The notes beneath the pieces were generated by a model, which saw only the letters and a list, made by a program, of their open reading frames with translations, did not search any database and had not been told where the DNA came from. From Paraspadella gotoi (taxonomy: Eukaryota > Animalia > Chaetognatha), in assembly GCA_051294375.1 (NCBI GenBank), contig CM119264.1:28416709-28480708 (forward strand): a stretch of 64,000 bases of DNA, read 5' to 3'. Both the position numbers and the translations under genes were made by a program. The first letter of the stretch is position 1, and each line of letters starts with the position of its first letter. Shown here piece by piece: positions 1 through 13,899 of the stretch.

Positions 1-269
1 TAAAAATGGTAAAATGTACTGTTTTAACTTTATAAAGTATTTCCTCCAAAATCTACTATAAAAATGTTTTCATTTATTTTCATTTTTTTTCATTATTTAA
101 CCATTTAAAATTGGCATCTATCACAATACTTTTTTCGTTTGGAGTTTGGAAAAGGATAAATTTTGGGAGGGTTAAGTCTTAAAATGTAAAATCCCGATTA
201 TAATTCTAAACGATGGTGAATTATATATAATATAAAATAGGCACTAACACATACGTGGAACTTGAATTC

Positions 270-3200
270 TTAGTAAAATTCGTTATCCGAGCTTTGCCTG
301 GATCCGTTCCTTTCGAATCCATTGTTAGGCAAACCGTCCAACCCCAAATCCAAGGCATCCTGACTTCCGAGAGAACTGCTTGTGCTTCCCCCACCCCCGC
401 TGTTTCCCCCGTTTCTATTGGTCACCCCTACCCCCGTCAACGCCACCTCCTCTCCTCCGTTTCCTACGTGATTATTCCCCGGGGGCGGGGAGGACAATCT
501 CAAGGAGAACGAATCGGTGGAATGAATGGAGAGTTTATTGTGGGGCGGGATGCAGGCCAACCCTCCCCCGATCAACGGGGAGTTCGGAGAGTAGCCCTCG
601 GAAGTTCCCCACAAGGATCCCAAGGGTCCCTGGGGGCCTCCCAACAGAAGACTGTTGCGCAGATTAAGGGGAAGGGAGAAGGAATTATGCAAAGCAGGGG
701 GAACGGAGGAATATCCGCTGGAACCAACGACACCACCTCCGCCTCCTCCGGTAACGTTAGCGTAACCCCCGCCGAAATTCAAAGGGGAGTACATGGTTCC
801 ATTGACTCCGAATTGTCCGAAAGTCGAGCCAGAGTTTAAACCGGGAGTGTTCATGGCATAGTTAGTAAACATAGCCTCTATGATTAGCCTCAAACAATCG
901 GCAACATCGTCAGATGGACAGCACGACAAAGCTGCATTGTAACCTTTGGAATCTAGCGCGTCGGAGGAGGCTCCTTTATGCAGAAGAACGTGGACGACCT
1001 GAAGAAGAATTAAAAATTACATAGGTTGTGGTGATCGATTTTCTTGCTGACGAACATTTTATAGATGTTTATTTTAGAAAACCATACCAAATGCACCCTC
1101 TTTCTCATAAAATCACCTCGACGAGCCCGGCCTTCCCGGCGAGGTGCAACGCCGTCTTTTGTTCCTCGTTGGCAGCGTCAATGAAGAGCCGCGTCGGCCG
1201 GGGATCGTTCCCTTCGGAGGCTTTTTCCAGCAACTGCAGGGCAGCTGCTTTTCGACGCTGGAGGCAGGCGAGGTGGAGGGCCGTGTTGGAACTTCGATCG
1301 CGCGCCGTCAGATCTGCTCCGGATTCCATCAACAAATCCAAGGCTGCCTCCTAAATATTTCAATGAAGAAGAAACGTTTTAACATTTGACTAATTTAACG
1401 TCAGAGTAAAGAAATCATCCCGCCGACCTGTCCGTTCGCGGCCGCCAACATTGTTGGGGTGACGTCCTCCTTGTCTTTGGCATTGACGTCGGCGCCGTGG
1501 CCGATGAGGAGCTGGAGGACAGGTACGTGGTTGTACAAGGCGGCGGTGTGCATGGAGGTGCGTCCGCGATCGTCCTTGACGCCGTCGATCAACTTGGCGG
1601 CGGAACGGAGACGAGGGGCGCTTTCGTCGTCGTCGTCCGCCTCCATGCTCTCGTCGTCCTCGTCGTCGTCGTCGCGGCGGAAAGGGAGAGGCGACATCTC
1701 GAGCAAAATCTCCACGCAAGTCACATGACCCCGCATCGCCGCGCAATGCAGCGGGGAGAATCGAGGAAGGAGCGAAGATTCTGTACGAGTTTGACGTAAA
1801 GGGGAGTAAGGATCGTATTAATCGTATTAACCGGACTTCGTTTCTTTTGGGAAGCTCGCAAGCTTCGCTTCACTACTCAATTTAATGACTTGAATACATG
1901 GATAGTTTACATTTTAACACTTAGTTTGATAATTAAATTACTTATGATTGATTTACATACTTTGTTCAGATCCTTATGCTTTACATTCTCTAAGTTCAAT
2001 GCCTGGTCATGTGAAGGCTTGTTACGCTCTTCTGACAAGACATTTTACAGTAGCCTCGTGTAATTCGCTTTAAAGTCGGCGCATCGACAAAACAAAATCA
2101 ATGCAGTAGGTAAATACACGAATTGCAAAATTAACTCACCGTGATTAGTCTCGCTATTTCCATTGATGATGGAATGTACATCGTTGCACCAGGATTCTCT
2201 CAGCTTTTTGTTCTCGAGCAAAAGTTCTAGAACAGCCTCGTGGCCGAAGTAAGCCGCCCAGTGAAGCGGCGTGAATCCCCGGTGGTCGCGACAGTTAACC
2301 AAATCTGCATTATTGGTCATTGCAATAATATTTGTAACGGCATCTTGAATTAGTCTTTAAGCATTTATTACCCAGCTCTTCATTCCCATTGGCCGTCGAC
2401 TGCGAAAGAGAGATTAGCACGGCGGAATGACCTCCCATGGCGGCGTAATGAATCGGGTTTCGGCCAATGGCGTCCTGAGCCAGGATCAACCGGGTCGATG
2501 CACTCTGAGCGTGGCCGATTAACCCCGTCACTACCTCCTCGTGGCCCATTGCGGAGGCGTAGTGCAAGGGCGTTCGTCTCCGCGTATCGCGCGCGTCTGA
2601 CGATGAAAAGTTTAATATTAAACGCGGAAATAGCGTAATGATTACTATCTTTACAACGTAAGGTTGTTGAAAACTAAGAAACCATAAAAAAGACTTTCAG
2701 CTTTCAAAATATAAAGGTCCAAAACCAACCCAGATCGGCGCCGTGGCCGAGAAGAAAGTTGACGGTCTCCAAGTGACCGTAGAGTGACGCCACCATCAAC
2801 GGAGTCTGCGCTGACGAATCGATGACGTCCACGTGGGGGCAGTGGGCGGCGACGGAAGATGACGAGGCTGAAAGAGAAAAGCCATTGGACTTGAGTCAAC
2901 GTGATAAAAGAAAAAAGAGCTGAACAGAAACTAATCTCACTTCCGGTTTTCGATCCAACGTTAGCTCTCTGAATCTTTCGACTGGAACAGCTCCCGTGCC
3001 GCGAAAGTGTGACCGGGCCCATGTCAGTTTTGCCCTTTCGATGCCCGCCGATGTTGTCGTCCTCGACGTCGGCCATTTCCGAGGAAGCCTCGAGCAAGAG
3101 TTGGAGACATTCCGTGTGGCCGGATGCCGCCGCCGCGTGAAAAGGAGTTCGTCTGCGTTGGAAACAAATGTCAAGATTCATTCGCCCTTGAAACATCGTT

Positions 3201-6200
3201 GTAGTGAGGAGAGATTCTCACTTGGTCGTGTTGTCTCTAACGAGAAGCAAAGCCCCGTTGACCAGCAAGACTTTGACGCACTGCTTGTGGCCCGAGGCCG
3301 CAGCGAGATCCAAAGGGGTCCGGCCTAAATCGTCCCGACAATCCACGTCCGACATGTTTTGAAGAAGGACCACTAGGGCTGCAACGACAAAAGATTCACA
3401 AATTATTTGAGGATTGTTTATCGTTTAATTGTCCCATCTTTATTCCATGAAAGTCACCTTCATGGTGGCCGTTATGGGCTGCCAAATGCAGCGGGCTCAC
3501 TTTCGGCCCCTGATCGTGAAAATGATGAAGCTCGGATGAGGCGGCGTCGAGGAGCAACTCCAGTGCCGCCTTGTGACCATTGGCGGCGGCGAAGTGAATA
3601 GCGTGGAAGCCGCCGTAGTCCCTGAGAGAAGCGTTAGCACCACCCTACGGGAACAAGGTAGGTAACTATAAATGTTGGTAAATACTAAATAAATAACGAC
3701 GGTTGATAAAAAAAAAAATAACCGCAACAAGACCTGTTTAAGAAGCGTTTCGACGCACTTTTCCACGACTTGTTTGGTTCGCTCGGCGTCGAAATCGGCT
3801 GAGGAGGCGTAGTGAATGGCGGCTCGTCCTTTGGAATCTGCGAGCATAACGAGTCGGGTTCAAAAATCACGTCTAACTCTCTGGTTGTTAATAATTAGTA
3901 AACAGAGTGAGGCAGAGTGAAAAACTTGCCTGTGTCGTCCACTTTGGCACCAGATGTCAAAAGAGCCATGAGGCATTCTTGCTGAAGATGGGCACTGGCG
4001 TAATGCAAACAAGTCCTTCCGTCTTGATCTCGTGCGTTACAGTCAGAACCTGACAGGAAAAACAAGTTGGAAGTTCAGGTTATGTAAACTTACTTAAGTC
4101 GAATTCCGAGAAACAACGACGATATTACCGGCGGAAAGCAAAAGGTCCAAGCAGGCAATGTTGCCGGAACAGGCAGCGCAATGCAGCGCCGTTCTGCCGC
4201 GGCCGTCCACCACGTCTATCTCGGCGTCCGAAGTCAAAAACTTTTTCACGCATTCCGTGTATCCATTCAAGGCACTCATGTGTACTGGCATCATTCCACT
4301 GTAGCCTCGTTTCTGCGCGAGAAAAGATGTCGACGAAAGACAAAATCAGAAGACGATAATTTATCCCCAAAACTCTCTCGCTCCGATCACCTACCGAGGA
4401 ATCCGCTTTGTGGGAGAGGAGCGTCCGGATGAGCAACTCGTGTCCGTTGAGCGAGGCGATGTGCAGCGGCGTGTTGGCGTCCTTGTCCACGGCGTCAACG
4501 AGGGCGCCGCGCTCGAGTAGCGGCTCGGCGCGCGCGTGACGCCCGTGAATCGCCGTCAGGTGCAACGGCGTGCGCCCGTCCAGCGCCGTCGCGTTCACTT
4601 GGGCGCCCTCCTTCAAGAGAAGTTCCAGACAATTCCCTCCGTGAGTGGAGATCGCTGCACGACATAGAAGGGATAAGTTAAGTTTAAACAACAAAAACAG
4701 ATCAAATTCTCGGCTAAATTGATATCTCTACCGGCGAAATGGAGCGGAGTTTGTCCGGCTTTGTTCGTAGTGTTGACTAGAGACGCGGCGGGATTCGCAG
4801 AAGCGGCGACTGGCGCAGAAAGTAACGCCGCCAAAACGACGTCTTGTCCGTTGAGGCAAGCTACGTGGACGGGCGTGTTTCCCTCGGCGTCCACGGCCGT
4901 GGCGTCCGCACCAGCGTCAATGAGCAGTTGCGCCACCGCTAACTGACCGGAAGCTGACGCCGCGTGCAACGGGGTCATCATCGTTTTGTCACTACGGAAA
5001 CGGGAACGGGAAAATAGTTTAATGTTTTATGTACATTAGGCCTTAGCAATTTTTTCAATTTTTCAATTTTTCAATTTTTCTCCTAAAGTGCTTTAGATTT
5101 GTCCTGTTGTCCCCTTTCCCCCTTTTCATCATCGACGCATTAATTCCATCTTTAAAATTAAATCTGTAATTTCCTCCGAGTAAACTAAACTCGCCGTCTC
5201 ACCGGCAATTAATTTCGGCGTCGGCTTGAACGAGTTTCGCCACGACGCCAGCGTGGCCCATGAAGGCCGCGTAGTGAAGGGCTCGTCGATCCTTCTTGTC
5301 GAAGGCGTTGATGGAGGCGCCGTTGAGGAGGAGCATCTCCACGGACGCCTCGTGGCCGTTGAAGGACGCGTGATGGAGCCCAGTGCGTCCAGCTGAGAAA
5401 AAAAACGATATTTATTAATGTATGTCTTAACGTTTGTTGAAAAACTAAAATAAGCTCGCCTCTGTCCGTAACGTTGACGTTGTTCAGCACCGAGGCCAGC
5501 AGCTCAACACATTTGACGGCATCGTTGGCAGCGGCCACGTGAAGGGGCGTTTGCCAGTTCTTGTCCCGAGCATTGACGTCGGCCTAGAAGCCAAGGGGTG
5601 TGGAAGGAAGGAAAATTAGGATTGATATGTTATTTCTGAAGAAACTGGGGATATGACTAAAAACATTAAGGCAGAAAAAACTGACGAACCTGGTGACGAA
5701 GAAGAACATCAGTGACGTCATCGGAACATGAACAACACGCGCGATGAAGTGGAGTCAACCATCTGAAAAAGGAAAACAATTAAACTTGCTTTAGGGCTTT
5801 ATTATTGTGATTATTTTGATGTATTATAAAATAAAATTCGGTGATTATTCGGCATTGAAATTTAATTAAAAATGTTTTTCTAAGTTTTAAATCCCTTCCC
5901 TGTATGTTGGAAGCGTCAGTACTAATTAGTTAATAAATACTTGCTGTCTTTGGCGTTGACTCTGGCGCCTCCCAAAATAAGCAGCTCCGATATTTCTGAT
6001 TGCCCACGAAAAGCGGCCGCGTGCAAAGGCGAACGACGCTCGCCGTCGAGAGAGTTCACGTCTTCTTTCTGAAAATTTTAAATTCATTTATAGTATGTTC
6101 TTTGATCATTCCAGATGTATTAACAATGTATACCTTGATTATTCAAGAAGTTACCTTGAAAATCAAAGCCCGAACTTCGTCGAGGTTTCCGCGAAAGCAG

Positions 6201-6271
6201 GCTTGAGTCAACGGAGGCTGATCGGCGAAACTGCCGATGCCTCCGAGGCCAAGACCCCCGAAACAACTCAT
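270..6271 (-). CDS. ANKRD28: Serine/threonine-protein phosphatase 6 regulatory ankyrin repeat subunit (ANKRD28/44/52 family), 19 exons
   Basis: Manual splicing gives one continuous frame. ATG at 6271 (in-frame TGA upstream): [39 protein letters not shown]|[22 protein letters not shown]...GARVNAKD. Later segments include [32 protein letters not shown] and [15 protein letters not shown], ending SSDNEFY* at 270. These match family hallmarks I recognise. All 18 junctions are phase-compatible (16 GT-AG, 2 GC-AG). The vertebrate paralogue cannot be resolved. Confidence 0.93.
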
Positions 6272-6851
6272 TGCGTCTCCGCTCGGGCGACTTCATCCAC
6301 GCAGAGAGAACGTCACGTGTTATGCCTCGGAACAGGCCGACCACAATATTTTTTCATTTCAATTTTTTTATCGACGATCGTCAACGAGTCTGGGCTTCTG
6401 TCTCGCAGCGCGGCGAATGCGCGCCTCTCGATACATTCGATGGAGATTCACCAACTAGTCACGACGTAAGCGTTAGAATCGTAGGTCGAATTAAATTTGC
6501 GACGAATCGCACCTCGTTCTTTATATTACTTAAATAAAAAAAATATATCTTGAACACTAAACGTAGAAAGCGGCTTAGGTAACCTCAATACTTATTTAAA
6601 CAACCCTTTAGCGTAAAACAAAGTTTGAGCTTAAAAAAAAAAATCACTAAATGCAATTTTAAACTTCGCCTCTCACGGCATCAAGATCAACATAATTTTA
6701 ACATCATAATTTATGCAATTAGTTTTGATAATATAAAATTATTTAAAGTTATTCTTAACAGAAAAAAAAATTCTGAAGAAAAGCAGAAATTTTAATATTC
6801 ACTGCCTTACTTTATATACATTTTTGGAAAGAGTCAAAAGTTAAGGCGAAG

Positions 6852-9018
6852 TTAAAATTTGTCAACGAGCTGGAGAATTCTCTGCTGTTCTCTCTCGCGA
6901 TCATCCTCGTCGTCGTCGTCGTCGTCGTCATCCCTTTCCGTCCCGCGTCGTCGATCTTTGGGGTCGTCGGATCCGCCGATGTGTCCCGCGTATTCCCGGA
7001 CGACGTTGCGAATGCTCTTCACGGATCCGCCGTGGAGCGAGAGGAGTTGAATAATTCGCGTTTTGATGGAGGAGATGCTGGAGCTGGCGATCTCCAAAAC
7101 GATGTAGTCGATAAGCTGGAGGGAGAAGAGTCCACCGTCGAGGCGCTGGAGATAAAAGTCTTCCTCGACGTCCTCGTCGTCCACGTCTTCCCCGCGACGT
7201 CTCATGCGAAACTTCTCGGCCTCGACCCGCTCGTCGACGGTCCGCACGCGGTCTTGGTAGGCGAAGTGAAGCTCCATCAGTCGGTCGATCTTCTCGAAGT
7301 CCGACTCGATGAATTTGTTCAAGAGTCGCTGTCTTTGTCCGCTGCCGCAGTTGCGCAAGAGAGAAGCCAAGATGGAGACGACGTGCTCGATGTGCTGATC
7401 CTCTCCCCCGGATTTCTTGCAGCTTTTCGGTGTCTTCATGAAGAGAGGAAAAACGGTGCGAAGTCCGAGGATGTCCACGAACTTGTTGCAATTGTCTCGT
7501 CCGTCGGGACCGTTCATCGAATAGCTGAGAACCTTTAAGGCCGGACCGCGCGACACTTTCTTTTCTCGAAGCATCAAATTCATGAGTTGAAGGCCTTCGC
7601 CCTGAGAGAGGTAAACATAATATTTTCCACTTCATTGATAAACAAAATATTTTCCACTTCATTGATAGGGGAGCCAGGTACTCTGGGAGTGAATAAACGA
7701 GACTGTGAGAGAGTCTTGATTGAAAGCTTGCAGGGACCTGCTATGTCATTATCTTGTAAGAGTGATGTCAGGGGCAAGATAGCTTATTTATTAAATGAAT
7801 GGACAATTGGTTGTACCAATTTCATAATTTAGAACCCAAATCGACCACCACCCCCCGCGCCCCCTTTTCCACCTAATTGGCAAAATTAACCTTGAGAAAT
7901 TTTGATCTGTTGGGCGTGAAGAGCAGAGCGCTGCAGAGAGAGTTGAAGAGATTCTCCATCATCTCCGACTCTTGCGCCGACGAAGGATCGTGACGCTTGA
8001 AGGGGGCGAGTTGCCCCAGGAGAATGTCCACCCCGTCCGCTTCTCCCAAAATCCTTCGATTCTCGTCGGAATTTTGGAGCAAAATGGCGAGGATTTCCGA
8101 GGAGTAGAGTTTGTTGTCGTCGAAGGGCGACTTCATTTTGAGGCGTTTGAGGATCCAAGTCATGAGTCCCTGACCCACGGCCTCGTTGACCATCTCCGGC
8201 CGACTCTCCGCCAAGTTCTCCACGATCCCGAGAGAGCTGTGGACGCCGTCCGCCTCTTCTTTCACCGTCTCGTCCAGACGCTCGAGATTCTGGACGAGGA
8301 GCGCCACGATCTGATTCTCGAGTAGGCAGTCGACGAGAGCGAGGGCGCCTTCTTGCGCCGGCGTACGTCGGGCCTCTTCGCCGAGGACGTCGGCATCACC
8401 GACGTCCGCGTCAGTCATTTCCTGAAGGAAGTTGACGGTGGCGATGGCGACGTCGGTGTTTTCGTGCGACATGAGACCGAGAAGGGAGGAGACGGTGTTA
8501 AGGTCGATCAAGGTCGGGTAGAACTCCGGCGACGTGGCCACCACGTGAAGCTCTTGCAACACGTCGTGCAACTCCACTTCGCTCTCCATAAACTTTTCCG
8601 GATTTTCCGGATATTTGATCCTCATCTCCTGATTCTTAAGGATCTTTTTTTCCAGCGACAAAAGCATCTTCTTCAAGGCGACGTCGTCCAGTGGCTCGGA
8701 TTCCGGTTCTTCGTCCAGAAGGCGAAGTATCTCAGCCCTTTTCGCCTCCTTCACGGCGTCGGTATCCACAGTAGCTTCCGGGGGCGGGGGCGCGTCCACA
8801 GGAGCTTCATCACGCTTCCGGACTTTCGCCGTGGAGTCCTTCGACTTGCCTCCTTTCGCCGCTGACAAGATAGCATCGACTTCGCTCAATTCTGCGCCGT
8901 CATAGGACACTTGTTGTCGCCGCTTCCGTCTTCCCGCTTCGCCCAAGCTACGAGTCTGAGACTGGCTCGATTCTGACGGACGAGACGGCGTGTACTGTAG
9001 AAGCTCACCGACGTCCAT
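6852..9018 (-). CDS. CTNNBL1: Beta-catenin-like protein 1 (spliceosomal PRP19 complex), 2 exons (9018-7891, 7601-6852)
   Basis: Start MDVGELLQY. Motifs KNQEMRIKYPENPEKFMESEVEL, SLLGLMSHENTD and DGVDILLGQLAPFKRHDP. Junction FLK|GEGLQLMNLMLREKK across a phase-0 GT-AG intron at 7602-7890. Then FYLQRLDGGLFSLQ and the end LVDKF*. Confidence 0.96.
7663..7829 (+). mobile_element. Dispersed short interspersed element (longest copy); the family occurs about 12 times in the window
   Basis: Core (G)GGCAAGATAGCTTATTTATTAAATGAATGGATAATTTTTATATTGGTTGTACCAATTTCATA. On + at 7773, 9790, 33313 (cut by a gap), 33445 and 38304. On - at about 23042, 23460, 30801, 32698, 33112, 45982 and 46191. Confidence 0.8.
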
Positions 9019-9727
9019 TGTAAATATAAGGGTGTTAAAAAAGCATTGACGGTGAGCTGAAAGCATAAATTGAGAGTTAGTACATCTCCCTATTATATTT
9101 AGTACAACTGCATACAGAATGGGACGGACGGGTAACGATTTAAAATGACATAGATGAAGGATCAACAATAAAAACACATCAAAGCAAAAATACTTAAGAA
9201 TTTCTAAGGCAATTAACGACAATTTTCTTAAATTTGAATTAAATTTTACCTTTATTACCCAGGGTATTGCCGAATCAACACAAGTACGTGGTTAAGATGT
9301 GCGCGTTTAACCCAAGTCAGTTGAGTCAGCGAGGACACGACCGAATTCAACGAATGCGCAGTCGGGGCATTATTACTTTTTTAAATGAAAATCTTTTGTT
9401 TCTTTATATGTTTTAGGCTCTGACGATAAACTTCGAAATTAATTCTTGATGCTCCTTTGTTTTCTGGATCTTTTGTTTTTTGTTTTTTTAATATTACGAA
9501 TATGAGGAACGAAATTTAGTTTAGTCCATGAATAAAAAAATACTTCATATAAATGAATTTATATTCCCATCTGGGTTTTGATGCAGCTTCCTTATCTTAA
9601 AAGAATTGACTAACATTCTTTAAGTTAATGTTTTAAAAAAGTGCAAAAAATAAAGCGCTTAGAAAAATTATATCAATGTGTTAAAATAAAAAATAACGAT
9701 TTAATTTTATTCACTTGACGAAGCATC

Positions 9728-12700
9728 ATGAATGGAAAACCTCTTCAAGAGGAAAGGATTAAGACAAATATTTCTGGTACTTTCTGGTACAAGATAGCTT
9801 ATTTATTAAATGAATGGATAATTTTTATATTGGGTGTACCAATTTAATAGATTAAAAGGTTTAAAATACTACAAATTTACAAAGTCAAAGAGGCAGCAAG
9901 TGACCTTAATTTATTCACAATTTACATTTACAGGTTCCTTTCGATGGGATATTTCTTCTCCTGGTTCTCAGGATACATTTAATTTACTGGAAAACCCATC
10001 GGAGGCAAAACTAAATCAAAACGCGAACAGTGAAAACTTTTTATCCATCAATAAAAACCAAGGCGATGAAAGTCCCGCTGAACACGAAGCTTCCTCAGGC
10101 AATATAAGATAATAAGATTGTAATTTAAAAATTAATTGGCTTGTATCATCGTTTAAGACTTTAAGAAGATCTTTAATATTTTTATTAATATAATATCATT
10201 TCCTTTAGAGGAAGAGCACGCGGGACAGGCTGCGGAAGTGGAAGAAGCACTTGAATCAGAACAGGTCTCTCATTTACAGTTTAGTGTCACAAATTAACAT
10301 CGCCTCATGTCATGTTGTGACCCTCACCTTAAAGGAGCAACCCCCTTCGACCTTGGGCGAGCCCCCTCGTTCCGAAGATGACATGGGCGAGGGAGAGAGC
10401 GAAGAGGGATCAGAGGAAGGAGAAGGGGAGGAGGAAGAGGAAGAAGAAGAGGAGGATGAGGAGGAAGAAGAGGAAGAGGAGGCAGAGGTGGTGCTTCACG
10501 AGGAAAAGTCGCACGTTTTACTCGACGACGAGATGCCGCCTCCGAAGATGGACTCCTTGGAGGCGATGTACCTCGAGGAGATGGCGGCAAAAGACAGAGA
10601 GGGCGAAGAGGAGGAGGAGGAAGAGGAGGAGGAGAAGGAGCCGGAGGAGACGGAGGAAGACATCATGGACGATTTGAAGTGAGGGAGATAAGGAAAATGT
10701 TTATATAGTTATATATTTTATTAAACTAATAAAATATTAAAATCAAAAAGTAAACATGTCAACTTAAATGTTTGTTTTTGCTTTTGTTTTCCCCGTTTCA
10801 ATTATTGTGTTGGCGAGGATAATCCGATATAATTTTTACATTCTCTGTTAACGGTTCAATGTCAGCGCGGATATGATATACAAAATTAATAAACTGTTCC
10901 AATCATGGTACAATTGTTATGCGAATACGTTCTTGCTTATTTTTGCAAGAAATGCCATAGAAAACGTAAAATCCGAACAGGTCCGAGTTGGACGAGGTCA
11001 TCGAAGACAAGAACAAAGTGGAACTGATGATCACTTTCTACGAGCATCGTTTGGCCCACGGATGCTTCATCAAGAAAGAAAAAGGAAAAAGGCCCCAGGG
11101 TCAGGGACCGGCTCATGGTCACGAATCCAAACCGAACGAAGGGGGTGAGTCTTTCCCTGTCCCAGCTTGCTTCAAAATAGTATTAGAATAAAAAAATTTA
11201 TTATTGAGATTAGCAAATACACAATAACTGTTATTTTTTTTTATAAGGGGCTCTCCCGGACACGATGCTGACGAAATCCTTGCAGAAGCCGCAAGAAGAC
11301 ACCGAAGAAACTCTGCAAATGAGATTCGAGCAACTCCTCAAGAATTTGGAGAGGTTGCGGAAGGACGCCGCGGAAACGACGACGCGTCTCAGCAAAGAGA
11401 TTTTCAATCAGATCGAAGTAAATATTCCTCGTACTTGATGTGTACAATAATAGGTGTAAACTGTGAGCAGTGTGCACTAATTGCAGCTCCCCAAAGATCG
11501 GGATTAATCCAATTATGACCGGCGGTTGACGGCTGAGTGCATTTTCAAGTTTAGTCTCTCCCTTCCTCTATTCTCTAGTCGAATAAGTTGCTGAAAAACG
11601 AAGTGGAAGAAAATATCTTCCTGTTCAACAATCAGCGGCGGGAGATCGCTAAGTTCGCGCTCTTCGTGGACAACAAGCGTCTCATCGACGTCAAGGAGGT
11701 GAGCACGTGACGTCCACCCGACGTCGACGAATCGTTCACGTGATTCGACGAGATTTTTCGCCCGAAAGTTGGAGCGTCACGAGGCGGAAGAGGCGGCTCT
11801 GCGCAAGGAAATCGTCGAGTTGCGCCTCCACAACATTTATCTGCGCAACACGTTGATGGAGAAGGAGGCGGAGGTCAAGCAGGGGGTCAACTACGAGGAG
11901 ATGGAGCAGATGGTTCTGCAGAATCAATTGCTCGAAGGTTGATATAGGAGTTGGGATTATTCGGAAAATAAAATGGAGGAATGAAGACAACCCCGCCCGT
12001 TGCCATTGAATAATCTTTAACCAATAATGTCAAATATTTCTGTTAACAAAGTTTTGTGGTCAATAGACTCCAATTTCTAGAACTAACGCATATTATTGGC
12101 CCCGATTTTTTGAACCGCCCCCCCCCCCCGTTTTTTGCGCGGTTGCGACAATTCAGCAAAGATCGAACAAAAATCGTTGAACAACGAACGTGTAAAAGCG
12201 AGCCTCACACGCAAAGTCGCGTGCATAACGCACGTTAAGCAGAAGACGGGAATGCGCGCGGAGGAGGCGGCCAAGTCGAGGGAACAGTGCGAGCAGCTCG
12301 ACGCTGCGATTTACGCCTTGAAGGAGGAGTTGACGGAGGTTTGTTGACAATGACGAACAATGATGACGTCATCAGCAGAAACAATGACGAGAACAATTCG
12401 ACTACACTCCTCGGGACGAGTCTTTTATAGACTGCTCGCGATTATCAAATTCAATAACAATGAAATTTAAAAAAAAAAAATTACTGATGTAATATTTAAA
12501 AATATTTTTTGATCACAATCACAATTTCTTTTTTCTCCATTGTATTTTCCCAAATATTTTATTAAATCCTACTATAAATCTCCACATTACAATTTATCGT
12601 TTTTCGTTCGTTGAAAAAAGAAATGGATATATCGTGAAGAGATGTTCCTCATTTCTTTTTCCTTTTTCAGTTGAGAAAGGAAAAGGATATATCGAGAAGA

Positions 12701-13012
12701 GATGTTCCTCTTTTCTTTCTCCTTTTTCAGTTGAGAAAGGAAAAGGATATATCGAGAAGAGATGTTCCTCTTTTCTTTCTCCTTTTTCAGTTGAGAAAGG
12801 AAAAGGATTACTTGCGTCGCCATCTGGAGCTGCAGAAAAGGGATAACGGGATTCTGGGACAAGAGACTTTGTTGAGGGACATGGAAGACCAATGCGACCT
12901 CGAGGAGAAACAAGAGGCCATTTTGACGTCGTTGAAGAAACAACAGGAGATCATGGTCAGCAAGACGAACAAATTACAGGAGAAATTAAAGAATCTCAAA
13001 GTCGCTTTGTGA
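9728..13012 (+). CDS. CCDC96: Coiled-coil domain-containing protein 96 (CFAP184)-like ciliary protein with Glu-rich N-terminus, about 9-10 exons
   Basis: Spliced exons give EIVELRLHNIYLRNTLMEKEAEVK...EQMVLQNQLLEAKIEQK...RKVACITHVKQK...LRKEKDYLRRHLELQKRDNGILGQETLLRDMED. This resembles the DUF4201 region and the GLLG...LLRDFE C-terminus of CCDC96. The N-terminal exons (9728-9776, 9934-10098, 10209-10264) and the start codon are less certain. The paralogue CCDC113 is not fully excluded. Confidence 0.72.
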
Positions 13013-13899
13013 TTCTGCTTCTCGTCGGTAAGTTAAGAGATATGTTTCCTTACCCGAAATGCGAGACCTATCGGCGAACTTGATTGTTAACTTTTTCGTA
13101 TTTTTTAAAAGTTTTTATCTTATATTTGAATGATGGGTCAGATGGCAACTGGTTTGTCATCATACAATTTTTGTATAATTTTAGTAATTCTCTTTTTTCA
13201 TACTAATTTTCTATGAGTTTTGTAAAAATAAATTAAGCGGTTAAACATTGTGACTCAATAAATAAATATTATTTTATGATAAAATGCTTGTCGTTATCCT
13301 CATTTAGCTGAAATGTCTAATATTGGTATTAAATGATAAGAATTAACAATTAATTTGCCTCGTTTTATTTGTCAATAATTTTTGCAAGACAGGACAATTT
13401 GGATGTGTCAAGTTGTAAGTAGACGATTATGTTTAAAAAAACACACACACATTTATTTCATGATAAAAGAAATAGTTGGAACGTGAAAGAATTTCGCTTT
13501 AAATGATTATAAATAAAATAAAATATTTTGACAATATGACTAAAATCATTATGATTATTCTGAAGTCCGACATAGCATCGGCTGATTATTCTACTAAAGA
13601 AAGATTAACAGTTTAAGTATTTATGAAGTGAAACTCAAAATCATATAAACAAGAAAGTCTGATGAATTCATAATAATTTTGATAAATTTGGAGGGATAAT
13701 TCAGAGAGACGAAAAATCATGCACGAATCAAGATAAAACCAAATGATCGTCATCAAAATCATCATTTAAATCTCAAACATCAATCAATTACGGAGAGAGA
13801 GAGAGAGAGATTATGTTTATTTTTGAGACATGCCCTAATTCGATCCGAGGGATGGTGTGTGTGAGGGGAAAGGACGGCGCGCCATTTTCCAGACGTCCG

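Noticed and set aside
6120-6344. 74-aa ORF as the first exon of the ankyrin gene
   Set aside because: Wrong frame. The conserved DQPPL motif is in the frame starting at ATG 6271.
255-8865. Long plus-strand ORFs (e.g. 255-839, 6981-7538, 8353-8865)
   Set aside because: Antisense shadows of GC-rich coding exons.
9019-9222. 68-aa N-terminal extension of CTNNBL1
   Set aside because: The ORF caller used a TTG start. Family similarity begins at MDVGELL.
9019-9727. Defined bidirectional promoter or X-box between CTNNBL1 and CCDC96
   Set aside because: The head-to-head layout is real, but no specific motif could be identified with confidence.
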